From NCBI GenBank assembly GCA_044348985.1, contig JBIKRV010000016.1:5725-69724 (forward strand): a DNA stretch of 64,000 nt. Reading direction: 5' to 3'. How positions within the stretch are numbered: position 1 is the first letter of the stretch; each line of letters begins with the position of its first letter. A model generated the notes under the pieces. It did no database searches and was not told the DNA's origin. It saw only the letters and a list, made by a program, of their open reading frames with translations. The position numbers and the translations under genes are program-made. Positions 28,437 through 38,515 of the stretch are shown here, piece after piece. Source of the stretch: Chitinophagaceae bacterium. Its GTDB lineage: Bacteria > Bacteroidota > Bacteroidia > Chitinophagales > Chitinophagaceae.

Positions 28437-29951
28437 ATGCCATTAATTTTGCTCATGGCAACAATAAAATCTCCACGCTCTACAACTTACAACAACCGAA
28501 CTTTTATTGATGGTTTAACTTTCGACGATGTATTGCTTGTTCCTGCCTACAGTCAGGTTTTACCAAGAGAAGTCAACATCAGTTCTCATCTTACCAAAGA
28601 AATCGTATTAAATGTTCCTATGCTTTCTGCAGCTATGGATACTGTTACTGAAGCCAATTTAGCCATTGCATTGGCCAGAGAAGGTGGTTTGGGCATTTTA
28701 CACAAAAACATGAGCATCGAACGTCAGGCCGAACAAGTTCGTAAAGTAAAACGTAGCGAAAGTGGTATGATCATCGACCCTGTTACTTTATTTGTGGATG
28801 CTACCATTGGCGATGCTTTGCGTTTAATGAAAGAAAATAAAATTGGTGGTATTCCTATAATAGATAAAGGTCAAAAATTGGTAGGTATTCTAACCAATCG
28901 TGATTTACGTTTTGAAACAGATAAAAAACGTAAAGTGATTGAAGTAATGACCAAAGAAAAATTGATTACTGCACCTGAAGGAACAGATTTAAAGAAAGCA
29001 GAAGCAATTTTACGCAATTATAAAATTGAAAAATTACCTGTTGTAAACAAACAAGGCAAGTTGGTTGGTCTAATAACCTACCGAGATATTTTACAATTGA
29101 CCAATCACCCAAATGCAGTGAAAGATAGTTATGGTCGTTTATTGGTAGGTGCAGCGTTGGGTATTACAGGCGATTTAATGCAACGTGCCGAAGCATTGAT
29201 TCATGTTGGTGTAGATGTGGTTACATTAGATAGTGCACATGGACATAGCAAGGGTGTTATCGAAGCACTAAAAGCGTTGAGAAAGAACTTCAAGAAATTA
29301 CAAATTATAGCTGGCAACGTAGGTACGTCAACTGGTGCTTTGGCATTGGCAAATGCTGGAGCCAATTGTGTTAAAGTGGGTATTGGACCAGGCAGCATTT
29401 GTACCACACGTATTGTTGCAGGTGCAGGTGTACCACAACTTACTGCTGTTATGGAAGCCAGCCATGCATTGAAAGGAAAAAATATTCCGGTGATTGCCGA
29501 TGGTGGCATTCGTTATACAGGCGATATGGTAAAAGCTTTAGCTGCTGGAGCCAATGTGGTTATGATGGGAAGTGTATTTGCTGGTGTAGAAGAAAGCCCT
29601 GGCGATACCATTATTTACGAAGGACGTAAGTTTAAAGAATATCGTGGTATGGGTAGTTTAGGTGCAATGAGCCAAGGCAGTGGCGACAGATATTTTCAGG
29701 ATGTAGAAGATGATGTAAAAAAATATGTACCAGAAGGTATTGAAGGTCGTGTTGCATTTAAAGGAAACTTAAGTGAAATCGTTTATCAATATATTGGTGG
29801 GTTACGTAGTGGTATGGGCTATTGTGGTGCAAAAAATATTGCTGAACTGCAAAAAGCAACATTTGTAAAAATTACCAATGCAGGTATGAAAGAAAGCCAT
29901 GCACATGATGTAGATATTACCAAAGAAGCTCCTAATTATAGTAGAAAATAA
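28437..29951 (+). CDS. guaB: IMP dehydrogenase
   Basis: [14 protein letters not shown], a CBS pair and the catalytic loop [11 protein letters not shown]. An alternative start is at 28455. Confidence 0.96.
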   Translation: MPLILLMATIKSPRSTTYNNRTFIDGLTFDDVLLVPAYSQVLPREVNISSHLTKEIVLNVPMLSAAMDTVTEANLAIALAREGGLGILHKNMSIERQAEQVRKVKRSESGMIIDPVTLFVDATIGDALRLMKENKIGGIPIIDKGQKLVGILTNRDLRFETDKKRKVIEVMTKEKLITAPEGTDLKKAEAILRNYKIEKLPVVNKQGKLVGLITYRDILQLTNHPNAVKDSYGRLLVGAALGITGDLMQRAEALIHVGVDVVTLDSAHGHSKGVIEALKALRKNFKKLQIIAGNVGTSTGALALANAGANCVKVGIGPGSICTTRIVAGAGVPQLTAVMEASHALKGKNIPVIADGGIRYTGDMVKALAAGANVVMMGSVFAGVEESPGDTIIYEGRKFKEYRGMGSLGAMSQGSGDRYFQDVEDDVKKYVPEGIEGRVAFKGNLSEIVYQYIGGLRSGMGYCGAKNIAELQKATFVKITNAGMKESHAHDVDITKEAPNYSRK

Positions 29952-29976
29952 TAGTTAGAATTCTAATCTTATAAAA

Positions 29977-30005
29977 ATGCCACACTTTAAAAGTGTGACA
30001 TTTTT
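29977..30005 (+). terminator. rho-independent terminator of guaB
   Basis: atgccacactt taa aagtgtgacat followed by ttttt. Confidence 0.65.
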
Positions 30006-30298
30006 ATAAATAGGTTTTTGTGTTTCCAGCTATAGTATTTTAATTGAACTTCAGTAGCATCGTTGCAAATCCTGCTGAATAGCAGGGCACCCTTCAACTT
30101 TAGTATTTTACTGAGCAATAAAAAAAAATTCAACACTGAAAGCCAAAGATGGAAAAAATGTTTACAAGAAAATAGTTTTACCAAGGTTTCTTGTAACAAA
30201 AATTCGGTAAGTAGTCGGTCATAATTAAAGTAACATAATTACGTTATAGAATTATAGGAAGATTATTTAAACAAATAAATGTAACATCTCAAGAAAAA

Positions 30299-30673
30299 TT
30301 GTTTCTACAAAACGGTTATAAATATGGAGACTCAGCAGGTTATGGACTTCGTTGTCAAATAATTCTTCTTAAATCACAAGGTTATAGAAGGTCATCGGTT
30401 GAGTCAATTACAGGTTGTTGTCGTCTTACCGTTAACAGAACAGTAAACCGCTACTTAAGTAAAGGATTTGCAGGTTTAGCAACCAAGCATGGTCAGGGTC
30501 GAAAAAGCATATTGGATTCAACTGATTTAGCAGTAGTAAAACTAGCTGTTCAGCAAGAGCGACAACGCTTGAAACAAGCACATAAAATGATTGAGGAAAA
30601 TACAGGTAAGAAGATGAGTCAGTCTACGCTGACCCGTTTTTTAAAACTCATGACTGCCGTTACAAACGAATAA
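30299..30673 (+). CDS. IS630 transposase, N-terminal HTH part (orfA)
   Basis: RCQIILLKSQGYRRSSVESITGCCRLTVNRTVNRYLSKGFAGL is a typical IS630 HTH. There is no in-frame ATG; the frame is open from 30239, so the start is uncertain. Confidence 0.7.
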   Translation: MFLQNGYKYGDSAGYGLRCQIILLKSQGYRRSSVESITGCCRLTVNRTVNRYLSKGFAGLATKHGQGRKSILDSTDLAVVKLAVQQERQRLKQAHKMIEENTGKKMSQSTLTRFLKLMTAVTNE

Positions 30674-30735
30674 GAAAGCGTCCTAAAGGGCATCCAGATA
30701 AAGCCTATTATACGCTTAAAATTCAACAATTACAG

Positions 30736-31272
30736 TTGTTAGAACAAAAGAGTGAGACTGGAGAAATAGACTTGTATTATGGCGATGAGACTAGAATATC
30801 GGAAGAGGGTTATGTTCCTTATGGCTGGCAATTTAAGGATGAAAATATTGCAATAAAGTCGTCAAGACGCAGTCACATTAACTGTTTTGGTATAATAACA
30901 AGAAGCAACAAATTTATTTATCAAACCACTACAGAAACAATTACTGCTGACTTTATTATAGAGCAACTAGACATGTTTTCATGGACAATAAAAAAGCATA
31001 CAGTAATTGTATTAGATAATGCAAAAGTTCATCGTTGTCACAAAGTAAAAATGATGCAAAAAGTGTGGGCTAAAAGAAAGCTTTTTATTTTCTTTCTACC
31101 ACCTTACTCACCTCAATTGAATATCATAGAAAGGCTTTGGAAAGAAATTAAAGCCAGATGGATTAGTGTAAAAGATTATGAAAATCAACAGCAGTTATTC
31201 TACTCAGTTGAACTTATTTTAAAAGCTATTGGACACGGTTTAAAACTTTACTTTAAACCAATGAAATTATGA
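30736..31272 (+). CDS. IS630 transposase, DDE catalytic part (orfB; frame open from ~30643)
   Basis: YGDETRISEEG, VLDNAKVH and PPYSPQLNIIERLWKEIK form the DDE triad. This is the -1 frame relative to orfA. Confidence 0.8.
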   Translation: MLEQKSETGEIDLYYGDETRISEEGYVPYGWQFKDENIAIKSSRRSHINCFGIITRSNKFIYQTTTETITADFIIEQLDMFSWTIKKHTVIVLDNAKVHRCHKVKMMQKVWAKRKLFIFFLPPYSPQLNIIERLWKEIKARWISVKDYENQQQLFYSVELILKAIGHGLKLYFKPMKL

Positions 31273-31428
31273 TACTTTTATTTTGACTGACTACTTACCA
31301 TTTTAAAATGTTACAGGATTTTTGTTACGCACAAGCCATTGAAATTCAATACAATAGATTTCTAGAGTTTAGTAACAATGGTAAAATAATTTGTTACAAC
31401 AAACTATGAACTCACTGTTGATGCTTGT

Positions 31429-31507
31429 CTGTCATGTCGACGATAGGAGACATCTGCCCAACTTTTGTGCAAATGCCCAGCAGATTTCTCGTTCCTCGAA
31501 ATGACAG
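31429..31507. repeat. palindromic intergenic element (CTGTCATgTCGA ... TCGAaATGACAG)
   Basis: Inverted arms at 31429-31440 and 31496-31507. The right half agcagatttctcgttcctcgaaatgacag recurs at 35235-35263 in direct orientation. Confidence 0.6.
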
Positions 31508-31538
31508 GTAATATGCTACAGCAGAATATTATTGAAAA

Positions 31539-32471
31539 CTAATTAGGTGTTACAAAAACAGCACCTAAACCATTTACACCAGAAAGCTTTGTAGCTACTC
31601 CATTTTTCCATAACACCCCACCGTTACTATCAAAACCTGCAACATATACATCTGTACCCAACACAAATACTGAAATTGCTTCACCCATTCCAGACGCTGA
31701 TAAACTAGTTGCTACCCCGTTTTTCCAAAGCGTAGGAACATAGTTGCCACCAGAACCAATTTGATCTCCTATTCTACCAGCTACATAAACATCAGAACCT
31801 GATACAAAAACAGAATAGGCAATACCAGTAGTCGCTAAGGTTGTTGCAAATCCATTTTTCCATAAAACAGGACGATTAGAGTTGGTATATCCTGTTATAT
31901 AAACATCATTATTTAATACATATATAAAATTTGCACCAGCGTTAGGAGTTAAAGTTGTTAATATCACATTTTTCCACATTGCTGCACTATATAAACCGCT
32001 ATTTAATGTATAACCAGCAACATAAATATCAGAACCTGATACAAATACTGATCTTACACTAGAGCCAGTAGGATAAGCTGTAACAGCACCATTCTTCCAA
32101 ACAAAACTTGTCCCAGCAACATAAACATCAGAACCAGCAACATAAACAGAGCTTGCATTAGCATTACCGCCACTTGATAACTGGTTTATTACCCCATTTT
32201 TCCACAATACAGCACCGCTACTATTTTTTCCTGCCACATAAATGTCAGAGCCTGAAACAAAAATGGAATTAGCAGTTGCATTTGGAGCTAATGTTGTAAC
32301 TACTCCATTTTTCCATACTACTGCATCTCCATTACTATTACTTCCAACAATATAAACGTTTGGACTAGTTGGTTGAGAACTTTGACTTATATCATTACCA
32401 TTTTTTGAACAAGAAATGAAGAAAAGTACAAATAAGCCTGTTGATAAATAACTGTATATTTTCATTCTCAA
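31539..32471 (-). CDS. seven-repeat (WKNG ... SDVYVAG) beta-propeller-like lipoprotein
   Basis: Lipobox (LFFISCSKN). Seven units of about 36-45 aa, each with (V/L/M)WKNG...T.L and S(V/I)(F/Y)V.GSD(V/I)YVAG. Confidence 0.7.
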   Translation of the reverse strand: MRMKIYSYLSTGLFVLFFISCSKNGNDISQSSQPTSPNVYIVGSNSNGDAVVWKNGVVTTLAPNATANSIFVSGSDIYVAGKNSSGAVLWKNGVINQLSSGGNANASSVYVAGSDVYVAGTSFVWKNGAVTAYPTGSSVRSVFVSGSDIYVAGYTLNSGLYSAAMWKNVILTTLTPNAGANFIYVLNNDVYITGYTNSNRPVLWKNGFATTLATTGIAYSVFVSGSDVYVAGRIGDQIGSGGNYVPTLWKNGVATSLSASGMGEAISVFVLGTDVYVAGFDSNGGVLWKNGVATKLSGVNGLGAVFVTPN

Positions 32472-32500
32472 AATTTTATTTTTTTTACATTATTCAGAAA

Positions 32501-32752
32501 TTACCTACGCAAATCCCTTTCCTCCCTAGCATAAATAGCATCTATTATTTTTTTAAACTCTATCTTATTCATTTTATCCTCAAGAAGCACTATTGAAGTG
32601 TTTCTTTTTTTAAACAGTAAAATTTTCTTTCTAACCAAATTATCGTCGGTAATGAGAACTTCATAAATTGTTCTTTCTATATCTTTAATTTCAAGTTTTC
32701 TATATTTAGCGTTGAACGCAGCATTCATTAAATACAATTTTTGATATCCCAT
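32501..32752 (-). CDS. hypothetical protein (83 aa)
   Basis: Intact ORF co-oriented and tightly spaced within the island operon. No recognisable motif. Confidence 0.4.
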   Translation of the reverse strand: MGYQKLYLMNAAFNAKYRKLEIKDIERTIYEVLITDDNLVRKKILLFKKRNTSIVLLEDKMNKIEFKKIIDAIYAREERDLRR

Positions 32753-32807
32753 TTATAAATGTTTTATTATTATAAGACTTGCTTTATTACATTTATCATA
32801 ACCTTTA

Positions 32808-33278
32808 TTATTTATAATTAAAAACATAAGGATCAAGGTCTCCTTTACTATCTTTCAATTTATACATACCAGCCAAATCTAGTATATCAGCCTTTGAACT
32901 CCAATCCATTTTATTTAAATCAGTATACTTTCTTAATTCATTAAGTTGATATCCTTGAAAAATAAGGTGTGGCCAACTTGCAGTTTTTTTATTCCCATAC
33001 CCATCATCTCCAGTAATTATGAAATTAATATCTACTTTACTTATTTCAGGATTTTCTTTTAATACTTTCCAGACATGATCTAATATGTAGCTATAATTAG
33101 AGCCTTGACCGAATAGTATAGATGTATTTGCATCTAATGAAACATTAGTACTGCCAACATAGGTGTTCCCATTTACAGATCCTGTAACTTTCTTTGACTC
33201 ATTGTTGGAAGATGAATTACTACAGTTAGTTATTAAAATACAGATAATATAGATGGCACAAAGATTTATAATTCTCAT
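32808..33278 (-). CDS. hypothetical lipoprotein (156 aa)
   Basis: Signal peptide with lipobox (ILITNCSNSS). Confidence 0.55.
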   Translation of the reverse strand: MRIINLCAIYIICILITNCSNSSSNNESKKVTGSVNGNTYVGSTNVSLDANTSILFGQGSNYSYILDHVWKVLKENPEISKVDINFIITGDDGYGNKKTASWPHLIFQGYQLNELRKYTDLNKMDWSSKADILDLAGMYKLKDSKGDLDPYVFNYK

Positions 33279-33333
33279 TTTGATAAACTTTAGATATTAA
33301 TAAATATATTTTTTCTTATTTATTGATAAAAAG

Positions 33334-33561
33334 TCATTCCAAACCTTCAATAATAATTAAATGAAAGGGATTTAAGGGGTCGATAAATTTATTGTGAGCT
33401 TTACATTTTTCTGAAATGAACTTTTCAACCTCAAAATTCAATTTAGTAACCGCTAACCCTTCTGTTTCAGTTGTGGGAATAATAAAAAACCGTACTATTT
33501 TTTTTGTTTCATTTACTAAAAGTGTTTCTTGGTATACTTTCATAAACTCAGTGTTAACCAT
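33334..33561 (-). CDS. hypothetical protein (75 aa)
   Basis: Intact ORF, first in the minus-strand string. No recognisable motif. Confidence 0.35.
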   Translation of the reverse strand: MVNTEFMKVYQETLLVNETKKIVRFFIIPTTETEGLAVTKLNFEVEKFISEKCKAHNKFIDPLNPFHLIIIEGLE

Positions 33562-33806
33562 AATTTTAGGGATTTAAATTTTATTCTATTGAAACTCAAA
33601 ATTCAATATGTTATTTCAAACTATTTGATTAATAGAAAAAATCTTGGTAATATAATTAGGTGTTATTATTAATTCAATAAATCGCCTTCTGCAAGCTGAT
33701 TATTATGTATATAAATATTAGTAAATAACCAAATTGATAATCGAATACTATTGCAAACAACCAACGAATTACATTAAATACTATTTTTATGTTGTAAGTA
33801 TTTGTT

Positions 33807-35213
33807 ATGAAGATTAAACTAACCTGCTTTATTGTGCTTTTGTATTCGGTGAAAGTTGCGTATGCCCAAACAAAAAATAGCTTCCCAATAAAAAATTTGA
33901 TGCAAGACAGTTTACCTGTTACATTTATTTCTCATACTAATGAACACCTGCTTCCTAATTCCAATGGAGATAAAATAGTGCTAAGAGATGAGTATTTTAT
34001 AAAAAAAGGAAGTGACCTATATGTTTTTATAGATGGTAGTGGAAGACTTTACAAAACATTTTTAGATAGTTTAAATAATTACACTTTTAAAAGAATAGAT
34101 TCAACTACGCATTTTGGATACAATATCGGATCTTTCGGGTTTTGTTATAATAATAGAATATACAATTTAGGTGGTTATGGTATTTGGAGAATTAATGGTC
34201 AGTTAAGGGTTTACAATGAAAAAGCAAATGAATGGGATATAGTAAAACTGAATAAAGAGTTGCCTATTTTAGGAGATGAGAGCCTGCTTTGGTATGATAT
34301 AGTTGGTAAAAAAATTTATGTTGGTTATTATACCCCAAAAAACGAAGCAGAGAAAACAGCACTAAAAGAGATTGAGTTTATAGACGATGTAATGGTTTTG
34401 GATCTTGAAAAAACAGAATGGAGTAAGCTAGGCACATTAAACTCATATATAAAAACAAATCTCCCAAATATTCGAACAATCACCCATAGTCCATGGGGCT
34501 TATTAGTAATGTTTTCAGATAAAATTACTCTCCTCGATTATAAACAAAACAGGTTAATGAGTTTATCTGAGTACCATAAAGAATATCAAATATTGCAACG
34601 TAAGCTCTTTAATAAAAATATTTACTTCAAAGATTCTACTCTTTTTTATGGAAACAATACTGAACAAACTTTGGATTCTGTTCAGTTTCATTATTCAGAT
34701 TTTGTGCCAACTGGTCAATATATTTTTACTTCAAATGATTGGGGAGCAAACGGTGTAAAAATTAGTATAATCAGTATTCTGTCAATAGCTGGCTTAGGTT
34801 TTTTTATACATAAGTTCAGGAAAAAGAATGCGATTGTAGTAGAAAGAGAAAAAAGTGATTTGATTGAAAGTGCTTTGAACTATGAACAACCTGAAATTAT
34901 TGATGATTCAAATATTCCTGAATTATTTGAGCAAAGGGAAAAGCAGGTATTAGAATTAATAATAGAAAAATCGCTAAAGGCAGAAATTACGAATACAGAT
35001 GATTTAAACAGGGTATTGGGTTTAAGTAAAAAAGCAATAGAAATACAAAAGAAGCAGAGAAGCGATGTAATTGTTAGTATCAATAAAAAGTATGCATTTG
35101 TAAGTAAATCCAATGAAGTTTTAATTGATAAAAAAAGAGCAGAATTTGACAAACGCTCTTTTGAATATTTTATCGAACTTGAAAAGTTGGGATTAATAAA
35201 AAAACACCTTTAA
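33807..35213 (+). CDS. single-pass membrane protein: extracytoplasmic Kelch/beta-propeller-like domain + cytoplasmic HTH-like tail
   Basis: Signal peptide (KVAYAQT), Kelch-like strands (RIYNLGGYGIWRINGQLRVYNEKANEWDIV; KIYVGYY), TM helix ISIISILSIAGLGFFI, and the tail REKQVLELIIEKSL...TDDLNRVLGLSKKAIE. Confidence 0.55.
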   Translation: MKIKLTCFIVLLYSVKVAYAQTKNSFPIKNLMQDSLPVTFISHTNEHLLPNSNGDKIVLRDEYFIKKGSDLYVFIDGSGRLYKTFLDSLNNYTFKRIDSTTHFGYNIGSFGFCYNNRIYNLGGYGIWRINGQLRVYNEKANEWDIVKLNKELPILGDESLLWYDIVGKKIYVGYYTPKNEAEKTALKEIEFIDDVMVLDLEKTEWSKLGTLNSYIKTNLPNIRTITHSPWGLLVMFSDKITLLDYKQNRLMSLSEYHKEYQILQRKLFNKNIYFKDSTLFYGNNTEQTLDSVQFHYSDFVPTGQYIFTSNDWGANGVKISIISILSIAGLGFFIHKFRKKNAIVVEREKSDLIESALNYEQPEIIDDSNIPELFEQREKQVLELIIEKSLKAEITNTDDLNRVLGLSKKAIEIQKKQRSDVIVSINKKYAFVSKSNEVLIDKKRAEFDKRSFEYFIELEKLGLIKKHL

Positions 35214-35234
35214 CCAGCTTTCATTAAAGTACTT

Positions 35235-35263
35235 AGCAGATTTCTACTACGTCGGAATGACAA
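35235..35263 (+). repeat. direct-repeat partner of 31479-31507
   Basis: agcagatttctactacgtcggaatgacaa against agcagatttctcgttcctcgaaatgacag. Confidence 0.55.
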
Positions 35264-35417
35264 AAATGCCATTCAAACTTTCTGTTCATTAAAGAACAAG
35301 TCGGTGAAGTGTGCGACGTCAATGCAGCTGAACAAACATACTAAAGCCGACTATAAAAAAATGAAACGATAAAAAAATCCCAAATGCAAAACATTTGAGA
35401 TTTAGATTCTAATCCAT

Positions 35418-35675
35418 TTATTCATAAACATCTTTTCTATTTCCGATTGTGATTACATCTATAGTTAAAATTTTATCAAAGATTTCATAGATTATTCTGT
35501 AATCACCCACCCTTATTCTACAACCACTTCTACCTTTCAATTTTTTATATCCATTAGGCCTAGGGTTAAAAGCCAAGTTTGCTATAGCTGTTAATATTGG
35601 CTTTGTAAGCTTATCATCTATTTTGTCTAATTGTTTTTCTGCTTGCTTAGTTAATGTAACGGTGTACTTAGGCAT
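35418..35675 (-). CDS. RelE/ParE family type II toxin
   Basis: 85 aa. KLKGRSGCRIRVGDYRIIYEIFDKILTIDVITIGNRKDVY is the classic RelE/StbE C-terminus. Confidence 0.85.
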   Translation of the reverse strand: MPKYTVTLTKQAEKQLDKIDDKLTKPILTAIANLAFNPRPNGYKKLKGRSGCRIRVGDYRIIYEIFDKILTIDVITIGNRKDVYE

Positions 35676-35865
35676 TTTTTACTTTTCTGTTTTTCAAATA
35701 ATCAGTAAGTAATATTCTTTTCCCGTCATCATTTTGCTTGGCTTTATCATACAGGCGTATATCTTCTAATTCTTCTAAATCTTCCAATATTTTTTGATAA
35801 TCTTTTATTGGCAACAACACTGCTGTTTTTTTACCATTATTATCAGTTACAAATTGAGTTTTCAT
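35668..35865 (-). CDS. type II antitoxin (partner of RelE-like toxin)
   Basis: 65 aa. Overlaps the toxin start by 8 nt. Contains KTAVLLPIKDYQKILEDLEELEDIRLY. Confidence 0.7.
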   Translation of the reverse strand: MKTQFVTDNNGKKTAVLLPIKDYQKILEDLEELEDIRLYDKAKQNDDGKRILLTDYLKNRKVKNA

Positions 35866-35921
35866 ATTTTATATTAATTATGTAAAGGTAGATTAAACCT
35901 AATCAACACTCAAAACAAAAA

Positions 35922-35948
35922 CCCCAAATTTCATTAAGAAATTTGGGA
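35922..35948 (-). terminator. rho-independent terminator downstream of rny
   Basis: Stem cccaaatttc / gaaatttggg with a T-run on the minus strand. Confidence 0.6.
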
Positions 35949-35974
35949 TTTTCAATTTGTTCTTTTATTAATAT

Positions 35975-37540
35975 TTATCTGGCTAAGTTCACCGCTCTTT
36001 TTTCACGAATTACAGTTACTTTAATTTGGCCAGGATAGGTCATTTCGGTTTGAATTTTTTGGGCAATTTCAAAACTCAATTTATCGCTATCACCATCGGT
36101 TACTTTATCTGCTTCTACAATTACACGTAGTTCACGTCCGGCTTGAATAGCATATGCTTTTTCTACACCAGTATAAGCCATTGCCAAATTTTCTAAATCT
36201 TTTATACGCTGAATGTACTGTTGCATAATTTCTCTTCTTGCACCAGGACGAGCACCACTAATGGCATCGCAAGCCTGAATAATTGGAGAAATTACAAACA
36301 ACATTTCCATTTCGTCGTGGTGAGCACCAATTGCATTAACAACAGCTGGATTTTCGCCATATTTTTCGGCCAATTTTGCTCCTAATAAAGCATGGCTTAA
36401 TTCAGTTTCTTCATCTGGTACTTTACCAATATCGTGTAATAAACCTGCACGTTTTGCCAATTTTGGATTCATACCCAATTCGGCAGCCATTACACCACAT
36501 AAATTAGCTGTTTCACGACTGTGCATTAACAGGTTTTGACCATAAGAACTACGGAAACGCATTTTACCAACAATACGTACCAACTCTTTATGCAAACCAT
36601 GAATGCCCAACTCAATTACTGTTCTTTCGCCAATTTCCACGATTTGCTCTTCTAACTGACGACGGGTTTTTTCTACCACTTCTTCAATACGTGCAGGATG
36701 AATACGGCCATCGGCAACCAAACGCTGTAAACTTAAACGAGCAATTTCTCTACGTAATGGATCGAAAGAAGACAATACAACTGCTTCAGGCGTATCATCT
36801 ACAATTAAATCTACACCTGTGGCAGCTTCTATTGCACGTATGTTACGACCTTCACGACCAATAATTTGTCCTTTAATTTCATCGCTTTCTAATTGAAATA
36901 CAGTTACAGTATTTTCAATTGTTTGCTCTGCAGCTGTACGCTGTATAGATTGAATAACAATTTTACGGGCTTCTTTATTGGCTTTTTGCTTAGCATCTTC
37001 AATAATTTCCTGTTGTAAAGTCAATGCTTGTGTATGTGCTTCGTTCTTTAAGCTCTCGATTAATTGATTTTTTGCTTCTTCGGCCGTTAAACCAGCAATT
37101 TTCTCTAACCTGCGAATATGTTCTTCTTGGTGTTTTTCTAATTCAGTACGTTTTTGATTCACCACTTCAATTTGGCGGTTCAGGTTTTCTTTAATGGCAT
37201 CATTTTCTTTAACCTGTTTTTCTATACCAGCTTCTTTTTGGTTAATAGAAAGTTCTTTTTGTTTAATTCTGTTCTCGGCCTCGCTGATTTTTTTGTTACG
37301 TTCTAAAACTTCCTTTTCATGTTCGGCTTTTAGTTGTACAAATTTCTCTTTTGCCTCAAGTTGTTTTTCTTTTTTAATGGTTTCGGCTCTTAATTCAGCC
37401 TCTTTAATAATGGTTTGTGCCTGAGATTCGGCACTTTCAATTTGTTTTTTAGTGTCTTTGGAAAAAATAATTTTGCCAACTACTACACCAATGATTAAGC
37501 AAATAGCACCTATTATTATCGATAATACGATTGGGTCCAT
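35975..37540 (-). CDS. rny: ribonuclease Y
   Basis: N-terminal TM, long coiled coil, KH domain ([11 protein letters not shown]) and HD domain (LLHDIGK). 521 aa. Confidence 0.96.
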   Translation of the reverse strand: MDPIVLSIIIGAICLIIGVVVGKIIFSKDTKKQIESAESQAQTIIKEAELRAETIKKEKQLEAKEKFVQLKAEHEKEVLERNKKISEAENRIKQKELSINQKEAGIEKQVKENDAIKENLNRQIEVVNQKRTELEKHQEEHIRRLEKIAGLTAEEAKNQLIESLKNEAHTQALTLQQEIIEDAKQKANKEARKIVIQSIQRTAAEQTIENTVTVFQLESDEIKGQIIGREGRNIRAIEAATGVDLIVDDTPEAVVLSSFDPLRREIARLSLQRLVADGRIHPARIEEVVEKTRRQLEEQIVEIGERTVIELGIHGLHKELVRIVGKMRFRSSYGQNLLMHSRETANLCGVMAAELGMNPKLAKRAGLLHDIGKVPDEETELSHALLGAKLAEKYGENPAVVNAIGAHHDEMEMLFVISPIIQACDAISGARPGARREIMQQYIQRIKDLENLAMAYTGVEKAYAIQAGRELRVIVEADKVTDGDSDKLSFEIAQKIQTEMTYPGQIKVTVIREKRAVNLAR

Positions 37541-38016
37541 GTTTGTGAAATTTTTTTAAATGGTTCAAAATCAAATATTTCGTTTCATAGTTCCTGCTAC
37601 TGAACAAACAAACGAAGAGTGGCGAAGATAATTAAATAGCAATAAGAAATTTCATGTATTTGCAGTTTGTTTGGTGTGTACAAACGATAAAATCAATAGC
37701 TTATAATTAAGTTTTGTAAACTTCCATTTTTGGTTTAACTAAAAACGGAACTGGGTTCTCAAATTGAATATTCATTTCCATTTTGGGGATAACTTTTAGA
37801 AAAAGAAAGTCTTCTTGCTTTAGCTTAAACTTTTTATTTAATTGATTTTCAATGAAAAAAAATTTTTTATTTATTATGACATTGCTTGACATCTAGTTTG
37901 CAATTATCTGTATATCTTTATCAATACAATACCTTTCGCAAAAACATACATCCAAATTATTCTTGGCATTAACCTGAAAAGTAGATTATCTTTTATACAA
38001 CAATATAATTCAGGAA

Positions 38017-38436
38017 ATGAAAAAGTTTTTACAGTTAACTCTGGTAGCAATTTTGTTTGCATCGTGCAGTAAACAAAACGATTTAGTTGAGCCACCCATC
38101 GATCCATTTGGTGTAAGCCAATTATTTTTTCAAGATTTAAATCTTGCAGTTTATTCAATCAAAGCATCCAACAACAATTCAACAGGTGTTAAAATAAATT
38201 TTTCAACTTTATACGAAAAGAATATTACCAAATTAGAGTTGATGAGTGGCGAAACACCCAATTATTTATGTGCCATTCATGCAGAAAATTTAAATGTCAA
38301 TAGTACCCAATTAAAGAGTTATCAAATAACTGAATCCAATCCAAAAGCATCTACCATGTATTACAAGATTAGATACAGCTTAAAAAATGGAGATTCGGGT
38401 TATACCAAAGTTTTAAAGTTTCAGCGTGGAAACTAA
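38017..38436 (+). CDS. hypothetical lipoprotein
   Basis: Lipobox (ILFASCSKQ). 139 aa. Confidence 0.55.
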   Translation: MKKFLQLTLVAILFASCSKQNDLVEPPIDPFGVSQLFFQDLNLAVYSIKASNNNSTGVKINFSTLYEKNITKLELMSGETPNYLCAIHAENLNVNSTQLKSYQITESNPKASTMYYKIRYSLKNGDSGYTKVLKFQRGN

Positions 38437-38484
38437 TATCACCAATGTTATAGTTTAATCGTAAAATATACTAGCCAGAAAACA

Positions 38485-38514
38485 AAACCTCGGAATTTAT
38501 TATATCCGAGGTTT
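38485..38514. terminator. bidirectional terminator hairpin between convergent genes
   Basis: Stem aaacctcgga / tccgaggttt. Confidence 0.6.
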
Positions 38515-38515
38515 A

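Larger units (their letters stand above)
30193..31328 (+). mobile_element. IS630 family insertion sequence (~1.14 kb), two-ORF transposase
   Basis: Imperfect terminal inverted repeats: gtaacaaaaattcggtaagtagtcggtca (30193-30221) against tgactgactacttacc...ggatttttgttac (31284-31328). HTH ORF plus DDE ORF. Confidence 0.8.

Noticed and set aside
37707-38158. Two small minus-strand ORFs (61 and 84 aa) between rny and the 38017 lipoprotein gene
   Set aside because: They are A/T-rich and low-complexity. One overlaps the plus-strand lipoprotein gene start, and neither has motifs. They are probably non-coding promoter region.
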